Below are positions 51,256 to 60,908 of a stretch of DNA of 64,000 nucleotides, piece by piece (the stretch's first letter is position 1; each line of letters begins with the position of its first letter). Under the pieces are notes generated by a model. It searched no databases. It was not told where the DNA came from and saw nothing but the letters and a program-made list of their open reading frames with translations. This DNA comes from Smithella sp. PtaU1.Bin162. Its GTDB lineage: Bacteria > Desulfobacterota > Syntrophia > Syntrophales > Smithellaceae. Location: NCBI GenBank assembly GCA_002068015.1, contig MVRV01000184.1, positions 79,976 to 143,975 of the forward strand, read 5' to 3'. The position numbers and the translations under genes are program-made.

Positions 51256-52716
51256 TCAATATGCGAAAGGATTCACTTTTCTGGCGTGAATTTCAGCAAT
51301 TATTTTTGACAATTTAGCAACTTCTCTTTCCTGTTCGGGATAATTAAATAATTGTGTATGAGTATCAAGATAGCTCGTATCAAATTTGCCGGCTTTAAAA
51401 TCCGGCTCATCGCAAATAGCCAGATAAAAAGGTATTGTTGTTTTCGGCCCGACGATTAAAAAATTATTTAATGATCGTTTTAATCGTTCAATGGTTTGCT
51501 CCCAGTCATAACCACGGATTGTCATTTTAACCATTAAAGAATCGTAATCGGTAGGAATGCGATAGCCTTGATACACGACTCCGTCCAATCGGACTCCCGG
51601 ACCGCCCGGTGACTGGTAAACTTCCAAAGTTTTGCCGCCTTCGGGCATAAAGTTGTTTTTGGGATCTTCAGCATTGATCCTTACCTGTACGGCTTTCCCC
51701 ATCATATGAACACGCTCGGGAGGAATATTAAGAACATCACCTTCTGCAATCTTGATCTGCTGTCGAACAATATCAACTCCAGTAAGCTCTTCCGTAACCG
51801 TATGTTCCACCTGCAGGCGTGTATTCATTTCCATAAACCAGAATTCATTGGTTTGGGAATCAACCAGAAATTCCACCGTTCCGGCATTAACGTAACCAAC
51901 TTCGCGGGCACCTTTAATTGCCGCATCATACATGGCCTCCAGGATATTTGCCGGTAAATCGGCCGGAGCTATTTCCAACAGTTTCTGATGGCGGCGTTGA
52001 ATTGAACAATCCCGCGAACCAAGATGAATAACATTGCCGTGATGGTCGGCAAGTATTTGTATTTCAATATGGCGCGGAGACTCGACACATTTTTCCAAAT
52101 AAATTCTGTCATCGTTAAAAGCGGAACGTGTTTCCGCCCTGACCAGTGGCAGCTGAATCTTCATTTCTTCTTCATTTTTTACCTTGCGGATACCTCTTCC
52201 CCCGCCACCGGCGGATGCTTTAAGCATTACCGGATAGCCGTGCTTATCGGCAAATAATTTCGCTTGTTCTATTCCGGTATCACCGGAAGCAAGGTTTTCC
52301 GTGCCCGGAATTGTCGGCACTTTTGCTTTTTCCATAATTTTTCTGGCGACTACTTTATCACCCATATCACGGATTACCTGAGGCGGAGGCCCAATAAAAA
52401 TAATGCCGGCTTTTTCACAAGCTGCGGAAAAATCAGCGTTCTCCGAAAGAAAACCATAACCCGGATGAATAGCATCAGAGCCGCTTTTCCGTGCCGCCCA
52501 AATTATTTTTTCAATATCCAGATATTCCTTACGGGGACGGTCTCCAATCATTATGGCATCATCGGCTGAACGCATATACGGTGATTCCGAATCCGGCTTT
52601 TCATAAACAGCTATTGCCTCCAGTCCAAGTTCTTTTACCGTTCTAATTATACGTAAAGCTATTTCGCCCCTGTTGGCTATTAATATTCTCTTAATCTTTT
52701 TTTGTTCTACAGCCAT
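51256..52716 (-). CDS. biotin carboxylase subunit (pyruvate carboxylase subunit A / AccC-like)
   Basis: ILIANRGEIALRIIRT, GYPVMLKASAGGGGRGI, EMNTRLQVEHTVTE: ATP-grasp biotin carboxylase. Confidence 0.92.
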   Translation of the reverse strand: MAVEQKKIKRILIANRGEIALRIIRTVKELGLEAIAVYEKPDSESPYMRSADDAIMIGDRPRKEYLDIEKIIWAARKSGSDAIHPGYGFLSENADFSAACEKAGIIFIGPPPQVIRDMGDKVVARKIMEKAKVPTIPGTENLASGDTGIEQAKLFADKHGYPVMLKASAGGGGRGIRKVKNEEEMKIQLPLVRAETRSAFNDDRIYLEKCVESPRHIEIQILADHHGNVIHLGSRDCSIQRRHQKLLEIAPADLPANILEAMYDAAIKGAREVGYVNAGTVEFLVDSQTNEFWFMEMNTRLQVEHTVTEELTGVDIVRQQIKIAEGDVLNIPPERVHMMGKAVQVRINAEDPKNNFMPEGGKTLEVYQSPGGPGVRLDGVVYQGYRIPTDYDSLMVKMTIRGYDWEQTIERLKRSLNNFLIVGPKTTIPFYLAICDEPDFKAGKFDTSYLDTHTQLFNYPEQEREVAKLSKIIAEIHARKVNPFAY

Positions 52717-53108
52717 GAATTCCCTTCCTTAATAAACTATTAGCCCCAACAAATACAATCCATCATTTTTCACCTAGATATGCTGCAAGATACAAAGCAC
52801 ATGTCAAGAAAATTAGGAATGTTTACGGAAAAAATAAAATCGAAAAAAAGCGTGCGACTTCTTCACGCCGGTTCCTCGTTATTTTACGAAGCATTTATAC
52901 CGATATGGGGATTTGGTGTCAATTAGTTTTATTGTCTCCGTAACTCAAATTTTTTGACAGATTGATTGCTGAAAACTGCCGTTTTATATAGTGAATATTT
53001 ACTATTTTATAATAATTAAATTTTTGTCATTATATCATATAATTCAATATTTATATTGAAAAAACGGCTGCTTTCAATTAAGTTAGCAAAAAAAGAAGTG
53101 ACCTCTCC

Positions 53109-53837
53109 ATGAGAAGTAAAAAATATTTTTCAATCAGATCAATGCCATTAATTTTTCTGCTATCCTTTGTTCTGTTTATATTATCGTGTGCACCTGCTAC
53201 TCGCGTAACTGATGTCACCACAATTATGAATTCCTTTAAAATCAGCGGATCTTCTCAGGCCTTACTGGCTACCAATAATTGCGCTTCATCTTCCGCCATA
53301 ATAATATACTCTCTGGAAAAAAAGGATGGTCAATGGAGAAAATTTACAGAATCGTTCGGCGGTGTAATCGGCAGAAACGGTTTTGCCGAACCTGCTGAAA
53401 AACGCGAGGGAGACGGTAAATCGCCTTCCGGTATTTTTCCTCTGGAAACGGCTTTTGGCTACGATGAAGCAATCCGGACAAAAATGCCTTACCGACAGGC
53501 ATTGCCTGACGACTTGTGGGTTGATGATGTAAATGCCGCTGATTACAACCGCTGGGTAAAAAAAAGCAATACAAAAGCAAACTCCTACGAAAATATGAAA
53601 CGGGATGACGACCTTTATAAATACGGACTCGTTATTGAATACAATACCAACCCGGTCATTCCAGGTCATGGCAGCGCTATTTTTCTCCATGTCTGGAAAG
53701 GTGACGGAAGTTCTACATCAGGATGTGTAGCAACATCCGAAGATAATGTTGTCAAAATCCTCGGCTGGCTCGATCCCGAAAAATTGCCTCTCATCATCAT
53801 GGGAACAGAATCCACAATAGAAAGGCTTATACAATGA
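53109..53837 (+). CDS. L,D-transpeptidase (YkuD) family protein, probable lipoprotein
   Basis: Signal sequence ending FILSC. GDGKSPSGIF and the catalytic HGSAIFLHVW...SGCVA motif. Confidence 0.8.
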   Translation: MRSKKYFSIRSMPLIFLLSFVLFILSCAPATRVTDVTTIMNSFKISGSSQALLATNNCASSSAIIIYSLEKKDGQWRKFTESFGGVIGRNGFAEPAEKREGDGKSPSGIFPLETAFGYDEAIRTKMPYRQALPDDLWVDDVNAADYNRWVKKSNTKANSYENMKRDDDLYKYGLVIEYNTNPVIPGHGSAIFLHVWKGDGSSTSGCVATSEDNVVKILGWLDPEKLPLIIMGTESTIERLIQ

Positions 53838-54601
53838 AAATTAAAATTATCTTCAGCGTTTTTCTTTTTGCCCTGATGTGCTCTCTGCAATTTGCAATTC
53901 CTTCCTCCGCCGCTGAAAAAAGACCCGATAGTTTTGTTGATATTCAGGATGTTATTCCGGACATCGAGCTTGATATCCGCTATTTCGGGCCACATAATTT
54001 CCTGGGAGAAAAAGTTAACGGCTACAACTCCGGAAAATGCCTTCTTACAAAAGAAGCGGCCCAGGCGCTCGCCAAAGTTCAGCAGGATTTGCGTAAATTT
54101 TCATTTACTTTGAAAATTTACGATTGTTATCGTCCGCAGCAGGCGGTGGATCATTTTGTGCAATGGGCAAAAGAAATTGAAAACACAAAAACAAAAGAAG
54201 AATTTTACCCGACCATCGATAAAAGAAATTTATTTCGAGATGGTTACATCGACAGTAAATCCGGCCACAGCCGCGGCAGTACGGTTGATCTGACGATTGT
54301 TCCTTTGCCTGTTCCCCGGCAGGAACAATATATCCCGGGGCAAAAATTATCCGCCTGTTATCTGCCCTTGGAAAAACGTTTCGGAGACAACAGTATTGAT
54401 ATGGGAACCGGCTTTGACTGTTTTCATGAACTTTCCCATACCGAAAATAAAAACATCGCCTTCCAGCAACGGCTAAACAGGATGATGCTGAAATCGCTCA
54501 TGGAAAAACACGGCTTCAGAAATTTTGAAAAAGAGTGGTGGCACTACACACTGAATAATGAACCATATCCCGCCACCTATTTTGATTTCGCGATTGATTA
54601 G
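53834..54601 (+). CDS. D-alanyl-D-alanine dipeptidase (VanX/DdpX, M15 family) with a signal peptide
   Basis: SGHSRGSTVDL and EWWHY zinc-site motifs. N-terminal hydrophobic leader ..AIPSSAAEK. ATGA overlap with the upstream gene. Confidence 0.85.
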   Translation: MKIKIIFSVFLFALMCSLQFAIPSSAAEKRPDSFVDIQDVIPDIELDIRYFGPHNFLGEKVNGYNSGKCLLTKEAAQALAKVQQDLRKFSFTLKIYDCYRPQQAVDHFVQWAKEIENTKTKEEFYPTIDKRNLFRDGYIDSKSGHSRGSTVDLTIVPLPVPRQEQYIPGQKLSACYLPLEKRFGDNSIDMGTGFDCFHELSHTENKNIAFQQRLNRMMLKSLMEKHGFRNFEKEWWHYTLNNEPYPATYFDFAID

Positions 54602-54606
54602 ATAAC

Positions 54607-55842
54607 ATGAAAATCAAAACACCGGGCTTTGTCAGTTCTTACGGATTTTCGATTATTCTTATCATATCGATCCTAATCGGATCATTTCTGGGGATTATTT
54701 TTAAAAAAGAGGCTGTAATTTTTAAACCTTTCGGAGATGTTTTCCTCAATCTCCTTTTTACGGCAATTACTCCTCTGGTGTTCTTTTCCCTGTCTTCTGC
54801 CGTAGCTTCCATGACCAACATCAGGCGTTTGGGTAAAATTATGTCGGCGATGATGCTTGTTTTTATTGTTACCGGTCTTATCGCGTCCATTACCATGATT
54901 ATCGGTGTTTTGCTCTACCCGCCTGCAGTGGGAGTAAGTATTAACCTTTTGCCGGTGGTTTCTGCCGAACAATTCAAAACTTCTGAACAAATCATCAAGG
55001 CCTTTACCGTTACCGATTTTTCGGAATTGCTCTCCAAGAAGAATATGCTGGCTCTGATTATTTTCGCCATTCTTACGGGGCTCGCCACTTCAGTCGTCGG
55101 GGAACGTGGGAAAGCCTTTTCCAGGTTCCTGGCTTCCGCAAGCGATGTTATGATGAAGCTCATTTCCTTTATTATGTATTATGCACCTATCGGCCTTTGC
55201 GCATATTTTGCCTATCTGGTCGGCGTGTTCGGTCCGGAATTGCTTGGTTCTTACCTGCGAGCGATGATCCTTTATTATCCGACAGCCATTTTATATTTTT
55301 TTATCGCTTTTACTCTTTACGCTTTTATTGCCGGTCAAAGAACGGGAGTACGCAGGTTCTGGATCAATATCATTCCACCCGCCTTAACTTCTCTGGCCAC
55401 CGGAAGCAGCATGGCAACGATTCCGGCAAATCTCGCCGCCGCGAATAAAACAGGGGTACCTAAAGACATCAGTGAGGTAATCATTCCCATTGGAGCAACA
55501 ATACACATGGAAGGCTCGTGCCTTGCCGCTGTCTTAAAAATCGCTTTTTTATTCGGCCTGTTTCAAATGGATTTTACCGGTGCGGGCACGATTCTCACCG
55601 CCCTGGGAATTGCTCTTCTGACCGGCCTTGTGGTGAGCGGCATACCCGGAGGCGGTACAATCGGTGAATTGCTGATAATTTCCCTGTACGGCTTTCCCCC
55701 GGAGGCGTTCCCTATTATCACGATGATTGGAACGCTTGTTGATGCTCCGGCGACAATGGTAAACGCCACCGGTGATAATGTTACCAGTATGCTGGTAGCA
55801 CGAATACTGGGAGGAAAAGATTGGATTAATAATAATGCTTAA
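54607..55842 (+). CDS. dicarboxylate/amino acid:cation symporter (DAACS family)
   Basis: 411-aa polytopic protein with GSSMATIP and the reentrant-loop-like GATIHMEGS, plus VDAPATMVNATGD motifs. Confidence 0.85.
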   Translation: MKIKTPGFVSSYGFSIILIISILIGSFLGIIFKKEAVIFKPFGDVFLNLLFTAITPLVFFSLSSAVASMTNIRRLGKIMSAMMLVFIVTGLIASITMIIGVLLYPPAVGVSINLLPVVSAEQFKTSEQIIKAFTVTDFSELLSKKNMLALIIFAILTGLATSVVGERGKAFSRFLASASDVMMKLISFIMYYAPIGLCAYFAYLVGVFGPELLGSYLRAMILYYPTAILYFFIAFTLYAFIAGQRTGVRRFWINIIPPALTSLATGSSMATIPANLAAANKTGVPKDISEVIIPIGATIHMEGSCLAAVLKIAFLFGLFQMDFTGAGTILTALGIALLTGLVVSGIPGGGTIGELLIISLYGFPPEAFPIITMIGTLVDAPATMVNATGDNVTSMLVARILGGKDWINNNA

Positions 55843-55896
55843 TACCCGGAATTATATTTTCACTCATTGCATTCGTTTCCAGCGAATGTCATTGAT

Positions 55897-56754
55897 TTAA
55901 ACGGCACATTCCGAATGGCGGCCGGAAAGTAATTCCATTTTGTATTTCCGCACAGCAATATCTTTTAGCATCAGTTTGTTTTTGATTTCCATCAAAGGAC
56001 CTATGGCAATACCCAGATCAAGGACATTTTGCAGAAGATTTTTGAACATATCATTGAAAATACCGCCTTCCACTTCGGCATGAACGGGCAGAACGTGGAT
56101 GCCACTTGCTTTAATTCGATCGGTGATTACGGTCACACCATTTCCTGCCGCCAATTCTTCAAAACAAGGCAGATCGGAAGGGATTTCTAAAACAGAGGCG
56201 GTTTCATGAATAAACGGTGCTTTTGCCCGCGTACAGCTTACGTAAGCAAACTTATAATCCCGAATAACCGCCAGCACTCGATCGTCAATTCTCCAGGAAG
56301 GTGCACCGAAGGCTGTTGGTTTTTTCCCGGTCAGTTTTTCAAATCCGGCAATACCATCGCTGAACCACTGACGGATCCAGCTTTCCGGTTTTTCCGGCAA
56401 TTCGTCCTGCCAGCGCCGGTGATCCCAGGCATGAAACTGAATTTCATGTCCTGCGGTGATTATATTTTCAACAATATCCGGGAAGGACAGTGCAATCATC
56501 GGCGCAGGAAGCAGCGTTCCATATAGAGCGGTTCTTATGCCATAGAGGCCTACGGCATTCGTCCGCATCATTTTTTTGAGAAACAGGGGATTCTTGATCA
56601 GTTGAAGGACAGCGCGTCCGGAGTTGTCCGGGCCGATACTCAGGAAAAAAGTGCCTTTAAGATTGAATTCCTTCAATGTCTGCAAAAGACGGGGCACACC
56701 TTCTTTCATACCCCAGTAAGTATCAACATCAATTTTTAAACCGAGCATTCCCAT
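55897..56754 (-). CDS. arnD: 4-deoxy-4-formamido-L-arabinose-phosphoundecaprenol deformylase
   Basis: GLKIDVDTYWGMKEGVPRLL...FFLSIGPDNSGRA...HAWDHRRWQ aligns closely by eye with E. coli ArnD. Confidence 0.88.
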   Translation of the reverse strand: MGMLGLKIDVDTYWGMKEGVPRLLQTLKEFNLKGTFFLSIGPDNSGRAVLQLIKNPLFLKKMMRTNAVGLYGIRTALYGTLLPAPMIALSFPDIVENIITAGHEIQFHAWDHRRWQDELPEKPESWIRQWFSDGIAGFEKLTGKKPTAFGAPSWRIDDRVLAVIRDYKFAYVSCTRAKAPFIHETASVLEIPSDLPCFEELAAGNGVTVITDRIKASGIHVLPVHAEVEGGIFNDMFKNLLQNVLDLGIAIGPLMEIKNKLMLKDIAVRKYKMELLSGRHSECAV

Positions 56755-56797
56755 TTATTAATTCCGGCGCTGAAAAGGAAATAATGTAACTGAAGCA

Positions 56798-57832
56798 TTA
56801 AATGCTCACTTTTTTGTTTTCTTCCAAAAAAGAATTAAGAGTCAATCGCAGCGATTCTTCCAGCCCTGTTTGAGGTTCCCAGTCTAAAAGTTTGCGGGCC
56901 TTTTCAATACTGGGTTTGCGGGTATAGATATCCTGATATCCTTTCCCGTAATAGCTGTCCGCCGATATATCCACAATTTCGGAATAACTCCGGTCGTTTT
57001 TATGATCCGGATGTTCTCTGAACAATCTTTTTAATATCCCGGCCAGTTCCTTGACCGAGCATTCATTATCCGGATTACCGATATTAATAATCTGATTTTT
57101 GCAGACATCGTCATTGTTTTCCAGGATTTTCAGCAGTGCGGCGATACCGTCATCGACGTAGGTGAAGCATCTCTTCTGCATACCACCGTCAACAAGGTTG
57201 ATCGGCCGCTTCATAAGCAATTCGGCAATAAACTGGGTAACTACACGTGAGCTTCCTTCTTTGGCCGCATATAGAGAATCGAGTTTGGGACCGATCCAGT
57301 TAAACGGCCGGAAAAGAGTAAATTCCAGGTGACCGCGTGTTCCATACCCATAGATTACACGATCCAGAAGTTGTTTGCAGCAGGAATAAATCCAGCGTTC
57401 CTTATTAATCGGCCCTACAACCAGGAAGCTTTCATCTTCTTTAAATTCCGGATCAGCGCAGGCGCCGTATACTTCCGATGTCGACGGAAATACGACCCGC
57501 TTATGGTATTTCACGCATTGCTTGATAACATTGACATTCATTTCGAAATCAAGATTATAAACGGCTATCGGATCTTCCACATAAAGTTTGGGAGTAGCAA
57601 TGGCCACAAGCGGTATAACAACGTCACATTTTTTGATTTGCAGTTCAATCCACTCCTTATTGATCGCAATATCGCCTTCCATGAAATGAAACCGGGGGTT
57701 ATCAAGCGTTTTGCCAAGACGATCCGACCCTAAATCCATTCCGTAAACAGTCCAGTCTTTTTTTTCTTCCAGTATTCTGTTAATCAGATGGTGTCCGATA
57801 AAACCATTTACACCGAGTATCAATATTTTCAT
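56798..57832 (-). CDS. arnA: UDP-glucuronate oxidative decarboxylase (stand-alone ArnA C-terminal domain)
   Basis: ILILGVNGFIGHHL, FHFMEGDI, KKCDVVIPLVAIATP and FPSTSEVYG closely match the ArnA dehydrogenase half. Confidence 0.9.
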   Translation of the reverse strand: MKILILGVNGFIGHHLINRILEEKKDWTVYGMDLGSDRLGKTLDNPRFHFMEGDIAINKEWIELQIKKCDVVIPLVAIATPKLYVEDPIAVYNLDFEMNVNVIKQCVKYHKRVVFPSTSEVYGACADPEFKEDESFLVVGPINKERWIYSCCKQLLDRVIYGYGTRGHLEFTLFRPFNWIGPKLDSLYAAKEGSSRVVTQFIAELLMKRPINLVDGGMQKRCFTYVDDGIAALLKILENNDDVCKNQIINIGNPDNECSVKELAGILKRLFREHPDHKNDRSYSEIVDISADSYYGKGYQDIYTRKPSIEKARKLLDWEPQTGLEESLRLTLNSFLEENKKVSI

Positions 57833-58752
57833 TTTAACCTGGTTACCTTTCCGTCTCTGAAATAATTGCCGATTTTAATGCCACCTTTAATACGCTTTTC
57901 CGCCACTTCAATGTCCAGGAGTTTTATAGCATTTTTACCGGTTTTAACAAGGACTTCTTCCTGCCTGATATTTATACTCCCCGGAATTCCGGTCTCGGCA
58001 TTTTCCTCAGGAGTTGCCTGCCAGATAATCATTTTTTCATTATTCTCCGGAAGGGCAAATGCGCCGGGGTACGGATCCGTGACTGCGCGGATCAGGTTGT
58101 ATATTTCGCTTGCAGGTTTACTCCAGTCGATGCGCCCATCTTCCGGTTTTCTGCCGCCGTAATAACTGCCTTCCGACAAGTTTTGTTTCCGCCTGGCTAT
58201 TTTACCTTTTTTTATTTCCGGTAACAAATCATCAAGCAATGATGTCGCTGCAAGACATAATTTACCATACAAAGTTTTTGCCGTATCCGTAAAATCAATT
58301 GCCACTTCCTTTTGACCTACGATATCACCGGCATCCGGCTTATCGATCATAAAATGCAACGTAACACCGGTTTTTTCTTCGCCGTTTATTAAAACCCAGT
58401 TAACCGGACAACGTCCCCGGTAATGAGGTAACAGCGAGCCATGCAAATTAAAAGCACCTGCTCGGGGAATTGCCAGAATTTCACCGGCAATCATTTTGCG
58501 GTAATAGAAGGAAAATATTATATCCGGATTGAATTCTTTAATTTTCTCAACCCAGCAACTGGAGTTAATTTCTTCCGGTGTATATACTGGTAAATTTCTT
58601 TGCCTTGCCCATTCTTTTACCGACCCAAACCAGCAATTTTCGCGGAGATCATCTTCGTGGGTAAATACGGCGGCAATATCGTAACCCTGACCGGCCAACG
58701 CTTCCAAGCCCGCAATACCCATATTGTGATAGGCAAAAACAATCGTTTTCAA
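57829..58752 (-). CDS. arnA: UDP-4-amino-4-deoxy-L-arabinose formyltransferase (stand-alone ArnA N-terminal domain)
   Basis: MKTIVFAYHNMGIAGLEAL..AVFTHEDD.., NLHGSLLPHYRGRCPVNW. ATGA overlap with the decarboxylase gene. Confidence 0.88.
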   Translation of the reverse strand: MKTIVFAYHNMGIAGLEALAGQGYDIAAVFTHEDDLRENCWFGSVKEWARQRNLPVYTPEEINSSCWVEKIKEFNPDIIFSFYYRKMIAGEILAIPRAGAFNLHGSLLPHYRGRCPVNWVLINGEEKTGVTLHFMIDKPDAGDIVGQKEVAIDFTDTAKTLYGKLCLAATSLLDDLLPEIKKGKIARRKQNLSEGSYYGGRKPEDGRIDWSKPASEIYNLIRAVTDPYPGAFALPENNEKMIIWQATPEENAETGIPGSINIRQEEVLVKTGKNAIKLLDIEVAEKRIKGGIKIGNYFRDGKVTRLK

Positions 58753-58754
58753 TA

Positions 58755-59705
58755 TTATTCTTTTCCTTTTTCGGAATGAACATCTTCGATTACATACTCC
58801 GGACGCTTGCGCACTTCCATGTATATCCTGCCGATATATTCGCCTAGCACTCCTAAAGCAAAAAACTGCAAGCCGACAAATACAAATAAAATGGCAAACA
58901 GCGTAAACACTCCTTCCGCCGCCCAGACGGCACCGTAAGCCAGACGGGCAACGGCAAGTACGATACCAAAACAGACTCCCAACAGTGACAGGAAAATCCC
59001 GCCATACATGATCAGTTTGATTGGAAAATCGGAAAAAGAAGCAACGAGATCAAATTGCAGATTAATTAATTTCCGCAAAGGATAGTTTGATTTTCCTCCA
59101 TGTCTTTCCTCATGTTCTACTTCTATTTCCGTAATACGCTTACCGAATACCGTAGCAAGAGCTGGTATGAAAGTAGCGTGTTCATGACAGGAAATCATTC
59201 TTTCCACCACCTTGCGGCGGTAAGCCCGCAGCATACATCCCCAGTCATGCATTTTTACTCCGGTAATTTTTCTGGCGACGATATTGATTATTTTTGAAGG
59301 AAAAATGCGGAAGAAGGAATCCCGCCTGCCTTTGCGGATTGTTCCGACGACATCATAATTACCCTCTTCCATCACGCGGATGAGCTCCGGTATTTCTTCC
59401 GGCGGATTTTGCAAATCAGCATCCATTGTAATGATAATTTTGCCGCAGCTTACTGAAAAACCGGCCATAATAGCAGCGTGCTGACCGTAATTTCTGGTCA
59501 ATTCCACAACTTTTATTTGTTCTTCCGCGGCAAACTTTTTTAAAATAACCAGAGAATTATCGAGACTGCCGTCATCGATAAATATTATTTCATAGCTCTT
59601 CCCTAATCCCTGCATTACAGGCACAAGCCGGTCATACAACACCGTGAGATTTTTCTCTTCATTATAAACAGGAATGACAACGGTTATCTGGACATTATCG
59701 GCCAT
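58755..59705 (-). CDS. arnC: undecaprenyl-phosphate 4-deoxy-4-formamido-L-arabinose transferase
   Basis: GT2 signature VVIPVYNEEKNL..YEIIFIDDGSLDNS, DADLQNPPEEIP, and two C-terminal TM helices. Confidence 0.88.
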   Translation of the reverse strand: MADNVQITVVIPVYNEEKNLTVLYDRLVPVMQGLGKSYEIIFIDDGSLDNSLVILKKFAAEEQIKVVELTRNYGQHAAIMAGFSVSCGKIIITMDADLQNPPEEIPELIRVMEEGNYDVVGTIRKGRRDSFFRIFPSKIINIVARKITGVKMHDWGCMLRAYRRKVVERMISCHEHATFIPALATVFGKRITEIEVEHEERHGGKSNYPLRKLINLQFDLVASFSDFPIKLIMYGGIFLSLLGVCFGIVLAVARLAYGAVWAAEGVFTLFAILFVFVGLQFFALGVLGEYIGRIYMEVRKRPEYVIEDVHSEKGKE

Positions 59706-60849
59706 GATGTAGTATCTCCTTTATTGCGTCGCATACATATTCGATATCGGCATCCTGCATATCGGGAAATAAAGGCAGGGATATTATCTGGTCGGCGGCT
59801 CTCTCCGTTTCCGCTAAATTACCAATATTTCCTGCATACTTTTCCTGAACATACTTCAATAAATGAGCCGGTGGAAAATGCAGGCCATACCCTATGTTGT
59901 ATTCGGCCAGCCGCTGCATAAACTCATCTCGTTTAATCGCCACCACTTTGATAATAAATAAATGCCAGGAATGAGCATGATCATAGACCGGAACCTCCGG
60001 CAAATCAATCCCCCGTATATCTTTCAGCCCGTTTTGATACAATCCGGCCAGATGGGAACGCCGCAGATTGAGTTCCTGTAAGCGCTCCAGTTGAGCCAGT
60101 CCCAAAGCCGCAAGCAGATCCGGCAGATTATATTTATAACCGGGGGCTGCTATGTCATAGGTCGGATTACCCCCCCTGCCGTATCTTTTCCAGGCATCAC
60201 GCTCAATTCCATGAAATCTCAAAAGGCGTATCTTTTTCTCCAGAAGAGTATCATTAATTGTGATCATCCCTCCCTCACCGGTTGTAATATTTTTAATGGG
60301 ATGAAATGAAAATATGGCAATATTACCGAATCCACCTGCATGAACTCCCTTATAATAAGTTCCTATGGCATGGGCGGCATCTTCAATGACAGTCAGATTA
60401 TACTTTGCAGCCAGTTTGTTTATTTGTTCCATATCGGCAGGTGCTCCGGCAAAATGCACGGGAATTATCGCTTTTGTTCTGGATGTTATTTTCTCTTCGA
60501 TTAATCCCGGATTTATGTTCAAAGTACCGTAATCAATATCAACAAAGACCGGAATCGCCCCGCGCAAAGCGATCATGTTCACAGTGGAGGCAAAAGTAAG
60601 AGACGGTGTTATGATTTCATCTCCGGCACTGATATCCATTGCCGATAATGCAAGGTGCATCCCTGCTGTGGCGGAATTCAGAGCTATGGCCCGGCTCGCT
60701 GAAGTCAACGTACAGAATTTATCTTCCAACTCCCCGGCGAGAGCTCCCGTTGTAATCCAGCCTGATTTCAAGCAGGAAACTACTTTATTAATTTCCGTCT
60801 CTCCTATAGAAGGGCGGCTGAACGGTAAAAACTCATTTCTTATTTTCAA
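59695..60849 (-). CDS. arnB: UDP-4-amino-4-deoxy-L-arabinose--oxoglutarate aminotransferase
   Basis: FLPFSRPSIGETEI..SGWITTG..NSATAGMHLAL, and FHPIKNITTGEGG (PLP lysine), DegT/ArnB family. Confidence 0.9.
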   Translation of the reverse strand: MKIRNEFLPFSRPSIGETEINKVVSCLKSGWITTGALAGELEDKFCTLTSASRAIALNSATAGMHLALSAMDISAGDEIITPSLTFASTVNMIALRGAIPVFVDIDYGTLNINPGLIEEKITSRTKAIIPVHFAGAPADMEQINKLAAKYNLTVIEDAAHAIGTYYKGVHAGGFGNIAIFSFHPIKNITTGEGGMITINDTLLEKKIRLLRFHGIERDAWKRYGRGGNPTYDIAAPGYKYNLPDLLAALGLAQLERLQELNLRRSHLAGLYQNGLKDIRGIDLPEVPVYDHAHSWHLFIIKVVAIKRDEFMQRLAEYNIGYGLHFPPAHLLKYVQEKYAGNIGNLAETERAADQIISLPLFPDMQDADIEYVCDAIKEILHHGR

Positions 60850-60908
60850 TTGTCGTCTCTCTTTCCAGTTCCGGATTTCCGTAACATTTATAGAAATAAT
60901 ATAAAATA

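Noticed and set aside
52780-52929. 49-codon plus-strand ORF (MLQDTKHMSRKLGMF...) in the intergenic region upstream of the biotin carboxylase
   Set aside because: It has no Shine-Dalgarno and no recognisable motif, and it lies in AT-rich non-coding-looking DNA.
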